The position numbers and the translations under genes were made by a program. DNA of 64,000 nt from Eledone cirrhosa (Eukaryota). The notes beneath the pieces were generated by a model. That model was not told the DNA's origin and did not search any database. It saw nothing but the letters and a program-made list of their open reading frames with translations. This document shows positions 38,201 to 53,425 of the stretch, piece by piece (position 1 is the first letter of the stretch; each line of letters begins with the position of its first letter). The stretch spans positions 140,554,001 to 140,618,000 of the forward strand of contig OZ024741.1 of NCBI GenBank assembly GCA_964016885.1, read 5' to 3'.

Positions 38201-41029
38201 CAAAGTCAATAAAAATGCCTACGTTATACATGAAAGTAAATATTTAGTCCTTGAAGTAATTATTCTTATCACTGAATTTGAGTATAAAATTACTTTTTCC
38301 TAAAAGGAAAGTTTGTACGAAAGCTGAAGTTTCATAGCCGATTACGCAGAAATAATATTGCATCAATGTCGAGGTTTTACAATTCAAATTGATCTGGTTT
38401 AATTACGTAAGGCAAAAACAATCCAGATTTCTGCATTTGGTGTTCAAATCCTGGCGGGTTAACTTTACTTCTCTCTGTCTGTCTCCCTCAATCTCTCTCT
38501 CTATATATATTTATCTATCTCTATCATTTTATTTCTGCCCCCACTCTTTCTCATTCTCTCTCTTTTTCTCTCTCTCTCTCTCATTTTCCCTCTACCCTCA
38601 CACTTTCTCTCTCTCTTTCGCTCTCTCACTAATCCTTTCTCATTCTCTAATTCATCACTGTTTCTCTTTTGGCGCCTACACAGTTTCTCCAGAAAAGCAG
38701 AGGTCTACACCGATGGATTAATCGCCAATATTTAATTTTACAATGCATGTGGTTGTGCAGTGCATCACGAATTCAAAATAAATGATTAATATATGATTAT
38801 AAAATGATTATAAAACGTGATTATAAAACGATTCAAACATGCCTTAAATTGTGCACCTTGATAATATATTTTCAGCAAAAATATGTGAACAAATAATAGT
38901 TCACTAAAATATTTCTAAAATTTACTACCTATGAATTTAAATTAATTTTGAAAATAATCAACAATTTTGGCGGCTGTTGTAATACATTTCTTTTCTTTTT
39001 TAATCCTTTGTTTGGAACATAAAGTAACACATTTCTGTACATATTAGTACGATGGAAGAGCTTTTAGATGACTTGAAATACTTCAAAATAAATAGTTTCT
39101 CTATCATAAACATTGGGCCGAGATCGAGTGGTTCGTTATCAAAATTGTCAAATGCACTTTTTTCAAAAATAGCTGTGTAGAGCAGACACAATATACTCTA
39201 GAATACTTCGCATTAAAAAGCAAATACAGACCGAATTAACAACTTTCGTTATCCTTTAGTTACTCTAAACTCATAAAAATCCTCATTTCGTGACAAAGCA
39301 AATTATTTCTTGATAGATGTAATTCCATTTCTGAGGCTATCTACATGATTCTCCAAAGTTATGTAAAATTCCATTGGAATCGAAAACTAGAAAGATGCCC
39401 CATAGTTTTGTGTTTTCTTTTTTCTAAAAGATAAACCGAAGATACATTCAATATCTGTAAATTCCCATTATATTTCTTTGTGTGTCATCCATCTATATCG
39501 ACAGGTGATAACTGTTTAGATTACACGATGCTGGATATTGTTGAATTATCATCACGGTTATGATTATTTTACAAAACTCTGTATAATGCAAAGTGGAAAT
39601 AGTAGAGTGTTCCCAAGAGTATTATGTGGAATATAAACGCACACAAATTACATTTCCTGATACTTCTTAAATACGACCCATTTTTGAAAACTAAAAATGT
39701 TTGTTGTTATAATTATAACGGGTTCAGGCAGTGATTATCATGCAATTGTTTCTTGCAGTTTCTACTGCACTACTATGTGCAACTTTGACAGAAATGTGTA
39801 CAATTGTGACCATGCAGCAATCACTTTTGCGTTGATGTGAGGTCGAGGTTTGTCGATACTTCTACAAATATTTTAGCATTATGTAGGGTTGCTGTGTAGG
39901 GTACGGTCAATGTTACTAATATTTATTTTTAGTTTGATGCTTTTATGTTCCTTCAAGCTAAGCGAATTACGTTGCGTTTTACTGGATATTCTAAACAGTA
40001 CGCTTTGAATTAGACAATAATTATGTGGCCACCATGTATAATGCGGTGTGGATTTTCTGGATTATGTGTGTCATTTTAAGGAATGACGATAATGTAAGCA
40101 TGTGGGTTGTCATATATTATTAGCTGTCGATTCTGTAGTTAGAATATATGTGTGTAAGTTTTTTATATTTGATGGGAGGTCATCCCTCATAGCATATGCT
40201 AATTGCTATATTTCATTGTATGTGATTTTAATGTGTAAGATGTACAGAATTTACAAATTAATAATATACAGTAGACTAAACAACATGATTTCCCTAAACA
40301 TTTGCTACTTTGAATCGAAATTAGTAATCATATTTGTTGTCTTATTAACTATAGGTATTACATTCTGTAAGTTTGTTAAGTAAAAATATGGGCGCATCGT
40401 GATGGAATGGTTATTTAGTTTCGCAATAATTAGGTTCCATACCACTGTGTGGCATATTTGGCAAATGTTATTTAACGTATGCCTGAGTCGATCCACGACT
40501 TGTGGGTGAAACTAGGTAAAACATACATTATTTCGAAACCCATTGGATTAGCTGTACTTGTAATTCAAAGAGCCATTGTTGTCTCACTGTCACGCGGAAT
40601 CCCCCGAGTGTTTGGGGAATAGTCATCAGTCACGTTCATGTTGATTTAATGAATAGCATTTTCCATTGATTTAACAATGGAATACTCAACGTCGACACGC
40701 ATGAGTGACCATTCCAGTTAGAAATGCTTTCATGTAGGTACAGGGGATAACAAAGGCAATTTCCAGTTTGGTACGCTGTCTAACGTAAGTACAGAAAGTT
40801 GACCGTTTGACAAGTCACGTCGGTTCACAGCGTAAAAGATGAATACTGCATTAGACAGTACCCTAACACCGCACCGATACATTTACGTCTATCTACAACA
40901 AAGAAAATAATATTAAATTATTTCAAAGAATAATACAGATGGCATAATGAACGAGAGGTATTAACTGTCACAACTGTCCTTGATTAAGTTTAATGGTAGA
41001 TATTTGATTCCATCCTCGATCCAAATCTA

Positions 41030-41290
41030 GAGTACCAGAGACAAGTCATTTGTTGAGTAAACCCGACAATATCTAGCCCGTTGCATCAAGACTCCACTTC
41101 TAGTTCCTGCTCCTTACATGTAAGAGAGATGATATTCAAGGTTCCAATTGGGAAGTTATACTCCCTTCCAGACCCTCTAAGGGGTCTCGATATACGCATT
41201 ATATGTGCGTCCTTCCCCGTCTCCCAGGACAGGGCGCAGGCCCATCTGCAGTTTTAGGGCATGAAAGGGAGACTACAATATATGTTTCGA
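41030..41290 (-). pseudogene. Inverted 5' part of an RTE LINE (APE endonuclease N-terminus)
   Basis: Minus strand IGTLNIISLTCKEQELEVES*CNGLDIVGFT, resembling GTWNVTSL.GKE.EL..LDIVG. Confidence 0.6.
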
Positions 41291-43170
41291 ACAGGCCACT
41301 CTACCTGAAGCCAGAACACGTCCTTTGTTTACCAGTATGAAGGACGATATGTATGATTATTTCTCTTACCTCTCACAATATTACAGTTTTGGTGGTCTTA
41401 CTAGCGTCAGCTACCAATCTGTTTCTTTCTCAAACCCGCGACGTTATAAGCAGTATTAAAGGACAGAGATCAATAATCTATTTTGTTATTGTCTCTGATC
41501 CCTTCGACTTTGTGTTAGATGTTCGTGTTAAAAGCGGGTCTGAGCTGTCAACTATTCAAAGAAGTTCACAATCCAAAGATGTTCACAAAATTGGCAGGTC
41601 CAGGACAACCTACAGGATAAAATGGGAAGCGTTGGTGGATAAGGAATTTATGACCAGGTTTCAGGCACACATCTGTGCTTCTGCTCTCTTCTGATAGGTG
41701 CATACTCGCGAAGGGAGAGTATACTTTGCTGTTCTCTTAAACCCGATTGCAGTAGCATCTTCTGGTGTACACGAGGTGCGTCTGAGAGCGATAACTAATC
41801 TCTCGGAAGCTGAAGTAACAAGGGAAATTAAACAGCTTAAATGAGAAAAGGCCGCTGGATATGATGAAATTCAATCTGAGATTGGCCTGAATCTCTGAAA
41901 CATCACCTAAACAAAGGCAATTGGGATAATCCAACTTTTTGAAAAGGGAGGCAAGAAAGATTGCTCCAATTATAGAGAGTTCTTTTTGTTAAGCTACCCC
42001 AGTAAGGTCCATGCAAATTGTCTAGCAAAGAGATGTAGGGAGGTCGTCGAGTCCAAGCCAAGTAATGAACTGTGTTAGTTTCGCCCCGGATGCAGCATAA
42101 CCTACCAAATAGCCACACTGATAAATTGTGGGAGTTCTACCAAGAGGTGTAGTCTTGTTTTGTAGATCTCTAAAAGGCATATGACCGCGTTCTACTGGAT
42201 CTGCAGTGGAACGTTATGCATATCGATGGTCAATTTCTTGTTGCCCTGATGTCTCTGTGCGAATGCCTGAATATTTGTGTTTAGATAAATGATGCTAAAT
42301 CGAAACCATTCAATGTGGGTGTTGGATTCTACGAAGGGTGCATATTGTCACATCTCATGTTCATTATTTTCACGAGCAGGATTAACACGCCCAGCCCGGG
42401 TGGAAGTGGTGTACGACGGGAAGGTGTAGAATCAGTCGGCTAGAATTTGCAGATGACATCGTATTACTTAACGCGACAGAAGCTGATTTCCGATTTACAC
42501 ATTACGGGTTTGATGCCGAGTGCTGCATGACTGAAAATCAGTGCTGCAAAACCCATGACACTCGTTCTCTCAAGAAAACCTGCGCAATGAACCCTACATT
42601 TGAAGCAGGTGGGGAAGTTGAAGTATCTCAGGGCAATGTCTTAAATGAAAGAGTTATAGGAGCTGGTGGAGTAATGCGCCAGCTTCAGCATTCGATAATC
42701 AGAAGTGATCTTCAATTCGGCATTCATGCTAACTCTTACCTATGGTCATGAATCTTAGGTACTGACGGAATATGTTCGCGAATACGTGCGGTTGAAATGG
42801 CGTTCCTCCGAATGGTCTGTGGAGTAACGTTACTGGATAGAGTACGTTGCTCGGAGATCTGAGAGTCACTATACGTCGAGTTGCTACTTCTCCAAATTGA
42901 GAGATCAGAGCTCCGATAGTACCAGCAAGTAGTTAGAATGTCTCAGGAAAGATTCACTGGATAAATTTTACGGGTAAGGCCAACTGGTAGGAGATCCAAG
43001 GCTAGACCCCGAGTATGATGGTTGGATCACATCCATAAATCTGGCTCTTCTTGCTTGAGGATCCAGCTGGATCAATTGGAAGCGGTCGCTTCTGACAGGG
43101 CCCGCTGGAAGGAAAGTCTGAGGACTCTGCCCCCTTGACTGTCTCAGGAATATGTGGGTAAACAAGAGGA
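41290..43170 (+). mobile_element. Heavily decayed RTE-clade (Rex3/Expander-like) LINE
   Basis: RSIIYFVIVS..VLDVRVKSGSELST; CSNYR; KAYDRV; EFADDIV; KYL. Confidence 0.75.
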
Positions 43171-46100
43171 AGAAGATATTTCGTTAACTTGTCATATATC
43201 TTATTCATACCTTGGAAGAATTATTGGCCTACCATGATTGACATTACAGATGACGTAAATTGTATGTTATTAGTGTGAATGTCCTATCACGTTTCTAATG
43301 ATTGGTTAAGTATTCAAATACCTTTTATTCTTTTACCAATGAAATATTTCTAAGTGTAACAAATAATCCATATCCTAAACATTTAGCTCTATACTTGTTC
43401 AGAAAGGATATCGTAAGAAAACTGTAAATATTTGTTATAGCGTCACCGTAGTATATGACGTAGAGTTTCAGTAGTGTTTCATGTTGATATTAGAGTTATA
43501 CATGGAGGTAGATTGTATCTTAATTCATGCTCAAGCATACGCCATTTAGCTGATCGACCATTGTCCGTTGATAAATTGCTTCTTTAAAAAATATAGAAAA
43601 TGTTTGAAAAAACAAATGTGTTTTCCTTTCAATCATTCTCCAGCCCCTATGACATTTTAATGAGCTTTGGATAATAATTTATCTTCTGTTAGCTTATAAA
43701 CAACATCTCAGAGCTCCACCAGACATAGCCCAATCCGCTTCCCCTTCTATAAAAATATCCAAATGTATTTGATCTACACACGATAAAATGGTATACTCTT
43801 TATTGATAATAATATCTGCCTATTCGTTTCCTATGTGTACAGGTGAATATCTGAATTAATGCACAGTTTTACTCTTGAAGTATGGTCTGTTTCGCTACAC
43901 TGCATTTTGTGTTAAATCATACATATATACATGACGATTCTACCTATCAGACATTTTTCCGATAAAATAGTATACCTTTACAAATTCATCACCATGTTTC
44001 CAGTTATAATATATTATTTTTATTCATACATTTGTCAGAATTATATTTTTAATGGTATTTTTCATACAAAGATTTTGCATCTATTCTGATATATGCTCAG
44101 TTTTGTTTAATCAATTTCTCTTCTAAGATTTATTGAATCTGATCAGTGAGATATATTTGAGAAAATCATTGTCTTTTATGTGCTGTAAAAGTAATATATT
44201 GTGTTAGGATGAAGGGAACTTCTAGCTTATTTCCAACTTAATAAATATGATTTTACACCTGGAAGAGAAACATATCACCATAGATTATATATGAGAAATG
44301 TCATGTAGGGAAGAGCTGCAAGATGAATATACACAATTACTGAGAAGCTAATAAAGATACAACATACATTAAGACCTCGAAATCCAATTTATAAAACAAT
44401 ACTACATAAATAATGATATCATCCCTCATTTGTTCTTCTTATGAGGTAAATGGAAGCGGAGACACATCGTAAAAACAAAAGTTTTTCAATAATGAGTGAC
44501 GAAAGAAAATTGCGAATGGCGCGTCTAACTTTATATATAATAGAAATATATATATATTATATTGATTGTTGGGAACGTTATATGAAGTTACTGTGACTAT
44601 CTGAATATTTGTACGATTTATGATGCGTAGAATAATGTGTAATTTTTAGATCCCGAAAGGACAGGTCGGACAGCATAAATATAATGATATAAAGTAGGGG
44701 AAAATGTTGAACAACATTCAGTAATACCTGACATTGATGTAAATGGTCAATAATTTCGAGCACGCTTAAACAAAATGTGTTTAATATCTGAGAATATATA
44801 ATTAAATAAATAACGAGTATAAATTTCTAAAGTAGTTATTTTATTGAGACTAGACTGGCGATATTTAGTATAAAAAATGAACAATAGTCGATGTGATAAA
44901 GCATGCAATCTTAATTCTTAATTTATACACAAGCATGTTTTCTTTGAAGGTGAGGTATTTGACACGTCGATGTTTTCTAAAGATTTGCCAACTTAATACA
45001 AGAACAAAACTCTAAAATATAATACAATTAACAATAGAATATTGACATCCCAGACACAAATCCGTGTCGCATCATATCAAATATTATAAAGATTTTTAGA
45101 GAAAAAGGGAAAAAATATTGATTTTGTTTCGGAGACTTAACGTCAATTTTTTTAAAGTGTGGGAATGGATGTGATTATTCGGATATCTTGTTCAAAATAT
45201 TATCATCATTCAAATAATTTGCGTATAAATGGCAGTTACTATTTTTCATTCGGCAACGTTTCCTGCGGAGAAATTGCGTTTTCCTAGAACATATTGCCTA
45301 CGTTGTCATATTCGTTACTAAATAATTCACTGCCCAAGAAAAAACACCGCTTTTATATACATTCAGTTTTGATCAACAAATTGATCGTGGCTTCTTTATC
45401 CCTTCTTCAAAAAAGCACCCAAATAATTGTTTCTTTGGCAATTGAGGAATTGAATTCCATAGTGAAATATAAGTGTTTGGAATTTCAAGTCTCCCACAAC
45501 AGATGTAAAACGATATTTAAATATCAATTATCAAGACGGGTCAAACATACGGTCTTAATATTCGCTTATTCATACCTGGTTAAGAAATATAAGCTTTTAA
45601 TGCAATGAAATTCTATTCAGAAATCTATGAAACTTTTGTATTTTTAAAGAGCAATATCAATGGTTTTTATTATACTATGATACCTGAAACAAATTTGACC
45701 TGAGACAAAGTTGATTTCAGACAAGGTAGAGAGAAGTACAACCGGGGGAGACATATGTAATAAATATCATAGAAGAACTTATTATGACTAGATTTTAAAA
45801 ATTGAACAACTCTAGGTTAAGTCAATATAAATGCGCAATCATTTATTTATTCCTCTCTACTTAATCATAAATGAACTGCACACCATATTAACCCATGGTT
45901 GATTTTAATTTAGTAAGTTTCACATGAATTTAATGAATTCTGCTTAATTAGTACTCATGATGTTAAATGAAGCATAAACGGCAAATTTTATGAGAATATT
46001 AGAGAAGTATGTGTAGGATGACGATTATAGTCAAAGCGTAACATAACTTTTAATTAAAATGAATACGCAGTGAATAAATTACCATGACTATGCGTATTTA

Positions 46101-46329
46101 ATTAATAGAAAAGACTCTCCCGCAAGTTTTGACCTTTGCAAAGGAAATAACAAATTGTCAACAGAAATGAAGCTTGTAATGTTTAAATATTTATAGAAAT
46201 AATTTTGATTGCAGAGTATTACATTGCTAAATGATATTGGTTACTAAATTGATAGAAAACAAAGAACGCGTCTACAGAATACACCTCTCATTGATAATTA
46301 TTTTCAGCCCTCCTTATAATATGCTTTGA

Positions 46330-46452
46330 CGCATAGAGTTGCGGCCCGTGCCATTCTCAGTTCAAATCCAGCCGAGGTTAACTTTGCCTTTCATCCTTAC
46401 GGGGTCGATAAAATAAAGTAATTGCTGGCCTTGTGCCAAAAGTAGAAACAAT
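46330..46452 (+). mobile_element. SINE copy, 5'-truncated
   Basis: Central domain match. Confidence 0.75.
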
Positions 46453-47497
46453 TATAATAATATGCATTTGAATTTGAATTTTTGCGACAGATTTAGAGAT
46501 TGGGCTAGTACCTGCTGAAAGTACGTGGAGATATCAATTTAGGAGGTTTCCAATTTAAAAATTGATAGAAAACATAGAGGAATTTTATAATTTGGAAAAC
46601 ATTAGTTCGGATTATATATATAAAGACAGCATAAAAGTTGGCGGGGTGGGGTCATTCTGGGGAAGAGACTAGCAATTCTTTATTCTATTTAGAAAATGAG
46701 CCCTCATGTTTTCATGGAAGTACAGAATTATAAAGTTACAAACCAACTGTTTTTAACGAGAGAGAATAAACGAATGAATGCATAATCTTCTATAGCAAAT
46801 ATATCTTGACCATTGAGGGACAAAATATTGCGAAATATTGCGAGATTACCATCAAAATAATACATAGAATGTGAGAACATTAGAAAAATTAAAGGATGCG
46901 CATACTGTAACACTATGTAAACACATATTCATCACAACATTACAGCGTTCTCGTGAAATTAAAGTACAAGAGTCTGAGCAACCCATATATTCGAGCATAC
47001 CATATCAGCGAGATTCAGCATCACACAGTGTAACAAGGTGGATGCATGGGATTACAAATACAATTCATTCTCACCTGGGCAATGTGAAATAAATTATGTG
47101 GCTCAAAAACATAACAATACTTAGAATAAATATTACGACTTTAATTATTATATGCAAAATTATTTTGGATGGGATGTGACGTACAGTTTAAGGTATTGGT
47201 CGTACAATCGGTGGATCATGTTGTTCTTGAGCAGCATTCTTTATTTCTCTTTCTTCCAATTCATTCAGCTGGAAAGATTAGGAGCCAAGACGCTGGTGCA
47301 ACGCTCTTGGCTATTTCTTTTGCTTTATCAAGAGCGTTGAGAAATTGGGAAACAGTCATCCACGTATGGCTGCTGGTCTTCTACAAATAGAATTTACCTA
47401 GTCTCATGCGTTGCAGAGGAATTTTCCAGGTTCAAACCAAGGAGGGTCTTTCTCTCACTCTCTTTCTCTAGCTCTTTATATATATATATATATATAA

Positions 47498-47596
<99 letters not shown>

Positions 47597-48268
47597 TTTG
47601 TGTATATGAGAAACTCAGGCGAAATAACACTAGACACGGATGAAAGATAGGCGATTTTTGTCCGTATCTACGGTTATTATACCCAATTTCTAAATCGTTC
47701 TCTATAGTGAGAGGTGTGTTATTACGATTATTTCCTGTCGATGGTACGCTTACATTTCGAAAGTTCAGAAAATATATATATATATATATATATAGTTATA
47801 AACTCAAAATAGTATTTTACAATTAAATAGCTGAAAGAAAGGAATATTTCCGAGCCGTGTAATACAAATGAATATATGATAGTAATAAACACTGATACAA
47901 GTATACATGTGTTCGCATTGCAAATGACCAAGTTAGCTAGATTGAAAAATACTAATTAAAATAATACGGTTTGCCTGTCTCGATTTAAAATAATAATCAA
48001 TAAAAGCAAACCTATATTGGCAATAGACGTGATACCCGGACAAATTTTTAATTTGTTTTTCAACAATTAAGTGAAAACTACTATTCCTGTGCTCTTCTGA
48101 GGGTATCCAGAAATTGGTAAGTTTCACTTCAAAATACTTTAGAAGACTGAGAGAAATGTGTTGTTGAACGCACATGTGTCACAGCGCCTAGCTCGTCCCA
48201 TACTCGTGCCGCTAAAGATAGCAGCCCGTTTTATGGGACTAAACATTAGCTCTACGTATGGAGCCGAG

Positions 48269-48318
<50 letters not shown>

Positions 48319-48417
48319 AGTATATGTTGGTTGTATACAAAGTTATACACCTCAAACGTATATACAAAGTTATACACCTCAACAACATGTGTGCTCGTCT
48401 CTACCACACTAATTCGG

Positions 48418-48472
48418 ACTGCCTGAAGAGGTCACAGCCAAAGGTGACTGTCACCGAAATATATATAGCAGT
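48418..48472 (+). ncRNA. Minimal type I hammerhead in a ~210-bp insert between (TA)n tracts
   Basis: actgc-CTGAAGA-ggtcacag..ctgtcacc-GAAA-tatata-TA-gcagt. Confidence 0.85.
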
Positions 48473-48523
48473 AATAAACGAAGCCAAATTTTAAACATTT
48501 GACTTATTTATTTTATTTTATTT

Positions 48524-48569
<46 letters not shown>

Positions 48570-48583
48570 ATCTCTTCATAATG

Positions 48584-48619
<36 letters not shown>

Positions 48620-48624
<5 letters not shown>

Positions 48625-50060
48625 TGCCCGATTTGATAGTACACAGGTACACTATGTTTGATTCCAGGCATCTACTCTGCAGTGGGCATTTATCCGCTAG
48701 GTGGCAGTTACATTTGTTATTGTTATCATTACTGTCATCACTATTTTACATATCCACTTACCCACCATTATAACTACAGCTACCACCACCACTACTACTA
48801 TTATCAGTATTTGTATTTTGTACTTATTTTGTACTTATTTTTTACATCTTTATCATTATCGTTTTCATTTTTACTTCTTTATTGCCACCTACCTGAACCT
48901 TGTCCATTGCACAATGAATCTATGCAGTCTAACCTGGTTTTACCAATGCACAATAGAATAAGACAACCAGAAATGGTATTACATCGGAGCGACTGGGAAT
49001 ACATTTAAAGCTCGTTGGTATACACCCCGTTACGCAATGAAACATTCCCAGCATCGTTATGTAATTATCCTTGAGAACAAGACCTGGCAACTGAGGGAAA
49101 ATGACCATCAATACACCCTGAAGTGGACAAAAATTATCGAACGCGCCCCCATATCGGAGTGGTATGAGAAGCTGTCGATTATGTGACCTTGAACTGTTCC
49201 GCATTTTGAGTTCAAAGAAAAATTACTCAACAATAAAATCGAAAGATCAATTTATTGTAACCATAGACTCAAAGAAAGATTTTCGCAATACAAGTGCAAA
49301 TCGAACCCTTAGCCTCTTACTACCACCTGACAAACTGAATATACTTAGACTTTCTATCCTCTTATTGAATCTAGCCCCTTTAATTACGCATGATAACCAA
49401 TACCTATGTCCCTCCCTCTTCCTTCATTCCTTTTTCTCTTTTTTCGTTTTATTCTTTTCTTCTCTCCCTTTTTTGCTATCTCTTCTTTTCTTTTCTTGTG
49501 CCCCCCCCCCCTTCTTTATTTTTATTTATATATATATTTATGTCTCTACCTCTCCTCCCCCTCTTTCTCTCTATCTCTACCTCCCACTATAAACAATGTA
49601 ATTCTCTTTAACTCCCTACACTGTAAATTGACGACATCAAGTCTACGTTTCAAAACTGATCGAGGAATCCTTCCACAATACCCCTCCCTCCATCTCCGTT
49701 TGTCACTCTACTTCCTAATTATTTTTCCCCATTCTCCCCTCTCTCTCTATACTACTCCATTTGTCCCTCTACTTCCGAATTCTTCACCCTCTTCCTCTCT
49801 AGTAAATACAATTCCTACTAGTAAATACAATTCCTACTAGTAAATACAATTCCAAAAAAAAAGTGTTTTAATACTAAGAACCGTTTACGAGTAACTTATT
49901 CATTATTTTGAAAATTTGGAGGTGAACAACAATTATTATTGAGTGGCTGCTATTTGCAGTATAGCAAGACAAGGTTGCACCTACCGATGAAACGTTCATA
50001 AATACCTGGATAAAATCCTTTTTTAATGCTTAACCCAGTTTTCTCTTTTATTCTATATAT
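48620..50060 (+). mobile_element. Decayed Naiad 3' end plus pLTR
   Basis: CPLHNE, YIGATGNTFKARWYT, CRLCDLELFRIL in shifting frames. Confidence 0.7.
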
Positions 50061-51729
50061 AATATTAAAGATACTATTTATAGTTATGTATATACTATAC
50101 TATAAATAACTATAAACAGGGAAGGTCAGTAATGTATTACTACCTTATTACCAGTAAGATAAATAGCTCAATGTAAGAACATCAGTTGTTTTACAGAGCA
50201 GTAATATTGAATACACAAGAATTAAAGTTATGTTTAAAACATATAATCGCTGACAATTGTTTCTTCCAAACCTAGGCTTGGTGTCTTTGGAGCATTATCA
50301 ATGTTTGTACACATAATTAACCCCCTATTCAACTGAAGAATCATACAGATACATATATATTTTTGTTGGGGACAACAGTTTCATGTTTACAGTGTGGAAT
50401 GGATGCGACATATATTATATTATACTATAATTGTACAATAATTCAAATTAAGATTAAAATCAAAATTAAATTTAAAATTAAAATTAAGAGCATAGGGTGG
50501 AATACATGCGACAGATAATACAAGAGAATAGTCTAATAATTAAATTAAAGAGATAGTACATGCGTTAGTCATATATAATGGAATGGAACAAGCAAATGTA
50601 TCATGTATATATGAGTACTGAATGGCAAGGTATTACATGAAATACAAGCACTTTAAGCGAATATGTTAGTGTATTATGGTGGTTGAAATGCGAGGATATT
50701 TTCTGTATAGTTCAAATTTGTATGTGTGTAGAAAAAGAACGTTACAGATTTCACATCCATTACATATGTTACGATATATTTGTATTGAATGTTTGTTATA
50801 GTAATGGATTGTAATGTATTGTAACTTAGTGTTATTTAATCCATATTTATAGATTAGAGTTGTTCAACTGCGAAAATTGTCAACGGTTTAATATCCGGAA
50901 GTGGGTATGGAATTAATGGGAGCTAATGCGTAAGGGTAGGTAACTAGCTCATTATAATAATTAAATTCATTGCTCTAATAGACATTATATGGTGCCTCAA
51001 TTGAGTGCCTTATATAAAAAGTTATATATTTATATTTAATTTTAAATACAGTCTACTCTCTCATAATATATTAAAGTTTTCATCAGAAAGTTTTCTACCC
51101 AATATTATATAGTGCCCTAATTGAATTTCCCATACAAAGTGTTATATATTTATATTTAATTTAATTGTTATATTTAATTTAATTTTAAATACAATCTACT
51201 CTCTCAAAATATATTAAAGGTTTTATTAGATTGTTGTCTACCCAATATTTGGTAAGCTATATAATAACGTATAGCTGTTTGCATGATAAATTAGATACAT
51301 CTCTTGAGTAAATAAATTCATCCTTTATATACAATGTTATTAATCTATACATTTAATTATAAATGTATATATAATTCATTGTTCCATATTACATTTAAGT
51401 TAGATAAATCCCTTATGTTAATACATTAATCCTATATATACAATGTTATTAATTTCTACATTTAATTATAAATGTATATATAATTCATTGTTACATTTAA
51501 TATTTAAAGTTTATATAAATTGCATTATATTTCAATCACTATATATATAAGTAATCTAAAGTAATTATATTAAAAGGTGGTGACTATAAGAATATTTCTA
51601 GAGTATAAAGTTATAGATAAAATGATTTGTGTAGAGGAAAGATTGTATCAAAGAGTGTGATGCAGTGGTGGAAGGCAAGTCCTAGAGGTGAAGTGCTAAT
51701 GGTGGTGATGAGTTCAAATCTGATATTGT

Positions 51730-53065
51730 TATATACTAGGTTTAAAGTTTTAGAAAGAGCGTCGGAGGCGGTGCTGGCACGATGCAAACTCCGATTCTTT
51801 ATTAAGGAGGTTAAGATTCGAAACGATTATAGTATGGGTCTCTAGTAGACAAAGGTTACACAATTTATTAGGTGGTTTATACGATGCATCCCTACCTATT
51901 AATTCCCATTGAAGTGTATATGATCTATTCCTAGTTTTCAGATAGTGTATCTAGCTAGATAGTGAAGTGGATTTGGTTAGATTGTCTTTTTTGAAAGAAT
52001 GGAGGTGTGAGTTGTATCTCGTCTTGAAGCAGTTCGAAGTAGAGCCTATATAGGTTTTAGAAGAGTTGTTAGTGTTGACCGTGCATGAGTAAATGATGTC
52101 CTTGATTAAGCAGTTGTTACCTAAAGGGCAGGTTCTATTTGATCTACAGTTACATATATTTTGGATGTTATCTTGTCGGTTATTATGTTGTGTAGAAGTC
52201 TGGTTGATAGGTATTGCATTAGGGCTATGATGTTTTTCGTTCCTAATGTTATTGATTTCATTAGTGTTATTACTATTATTACTATTGTTATTAGGGTTTG
52301 TAGTTATTATGTTGTTTTGAAAGTTTACGTCCTGCTGTGTTTTAATTTGTTGAAAATAGGTATTAATCTTTCTTGTATTACTACTAGCTATATGGTACGC
52401 TATGTTAGGTTTGGTAGAGTAGGAGATTTTAATGGTGTTTTTATTTATAAGACTATCGTACTTGTGGCCAGATGGGAAGTCTTTTTCCAGGATCGAGAAG
52501 AAAGCCTTAGGTAAGTTGGTAGAGGCGTTTAGATTGAAAGGGGGATTGAAAAATGTATTAGTTCTTCTATTTTTGTTTTTTATATCTATTGAAGTATTTC
52601 TGTTTATAATATTTTGGTGTCTACTTTGGTGCGAGTTAAGTTTGATACTACCCTTCGTATTAGTGTAAGGGTGGTTATTATTCTTATTACTATTTTTCCT
52701 CATGGCCATATTGTGAGAAATAATGTTGTGACCATGTGATTTTATAGGTAGGAACTCAATCCCATTATTATGGCCTGATTTAGCTAATGCCTGATTGTGA
52801 ATTATTGCTAAATATGGTTTCGTTATAAGATAGATTAGAGATTCTATTAGATATTCCTTTAGTGATTGAGTTTAATATGGATCTAGGGTGGTAAGACTTG
52901 GTATCTACGTAAATTAGTTTTTCGTTAGGTTTATGAAGGCGTGTATATATTTTAGAGTTTAGGTAAAGGGTAGCATCAAGGAAGTTAACATTCTTAGTGT
53001 TTTTGTCTATGGTGATACTTAAGTTATAGTTTTTGAAAGTTTATGTAATAGTTTCCTAGTTCTTT
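51730..53065 (-). pseudogene. Naiad RT thumb, Asn-rich linker and GIY-YIG
   Basis: VNFLDATL; FFNPPFN; ICNC..CPLGNNC..IIY..YIGSTSNCFKTRYNSH; CNLCL. Confidence 0.85.
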
Positions 53066-53067
53066 CT

Positions 53068-53425
53068 ATATTAAAGAGAACAATAATAAAAAATGTATAC
53101 AGTTTGCTATGAATTCATACTACACCTCTATTTCCCATATCCTATTAAATAAGGCACTCATTATGGCCATGAACAATAGTGACCTGACTAAATCCCAGAT
53201 TGATGTCATACTTGCGGCCCGTAAAACCATAATTACATTTGAAGATCAGTTATGGACCCGCAAGGATACGCATAACAACTTTGACATAACTATGGGATCT
53301 AGTGACTCGGCGCAGGTCACTGATTTGGTGGGCCAATATCTACTAAATGAAATCCATATGGACCTACCATACCTCAACGGTGGTTTATACCGCGATGATG
53401 CACTACTCCTTATAGACTATAAAAA
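53068..53425 (+). pseudogene. Naiad RT core (motifs A-C), inverted
   Basis: YYTSIS..LL.KAL; FDITMGSSDSAQVTDLVG.YLL; GGLYRDDAL. Confidence 0.85.

Noticed and set aside
47170-47390. Protein-like minus-strand stretch (SQFLNALDKAKEIAKSVAP..ELEEREIK)
   Set aside because: Needs a frameshift, contains stops, and I cannot recognise a family or exon structure
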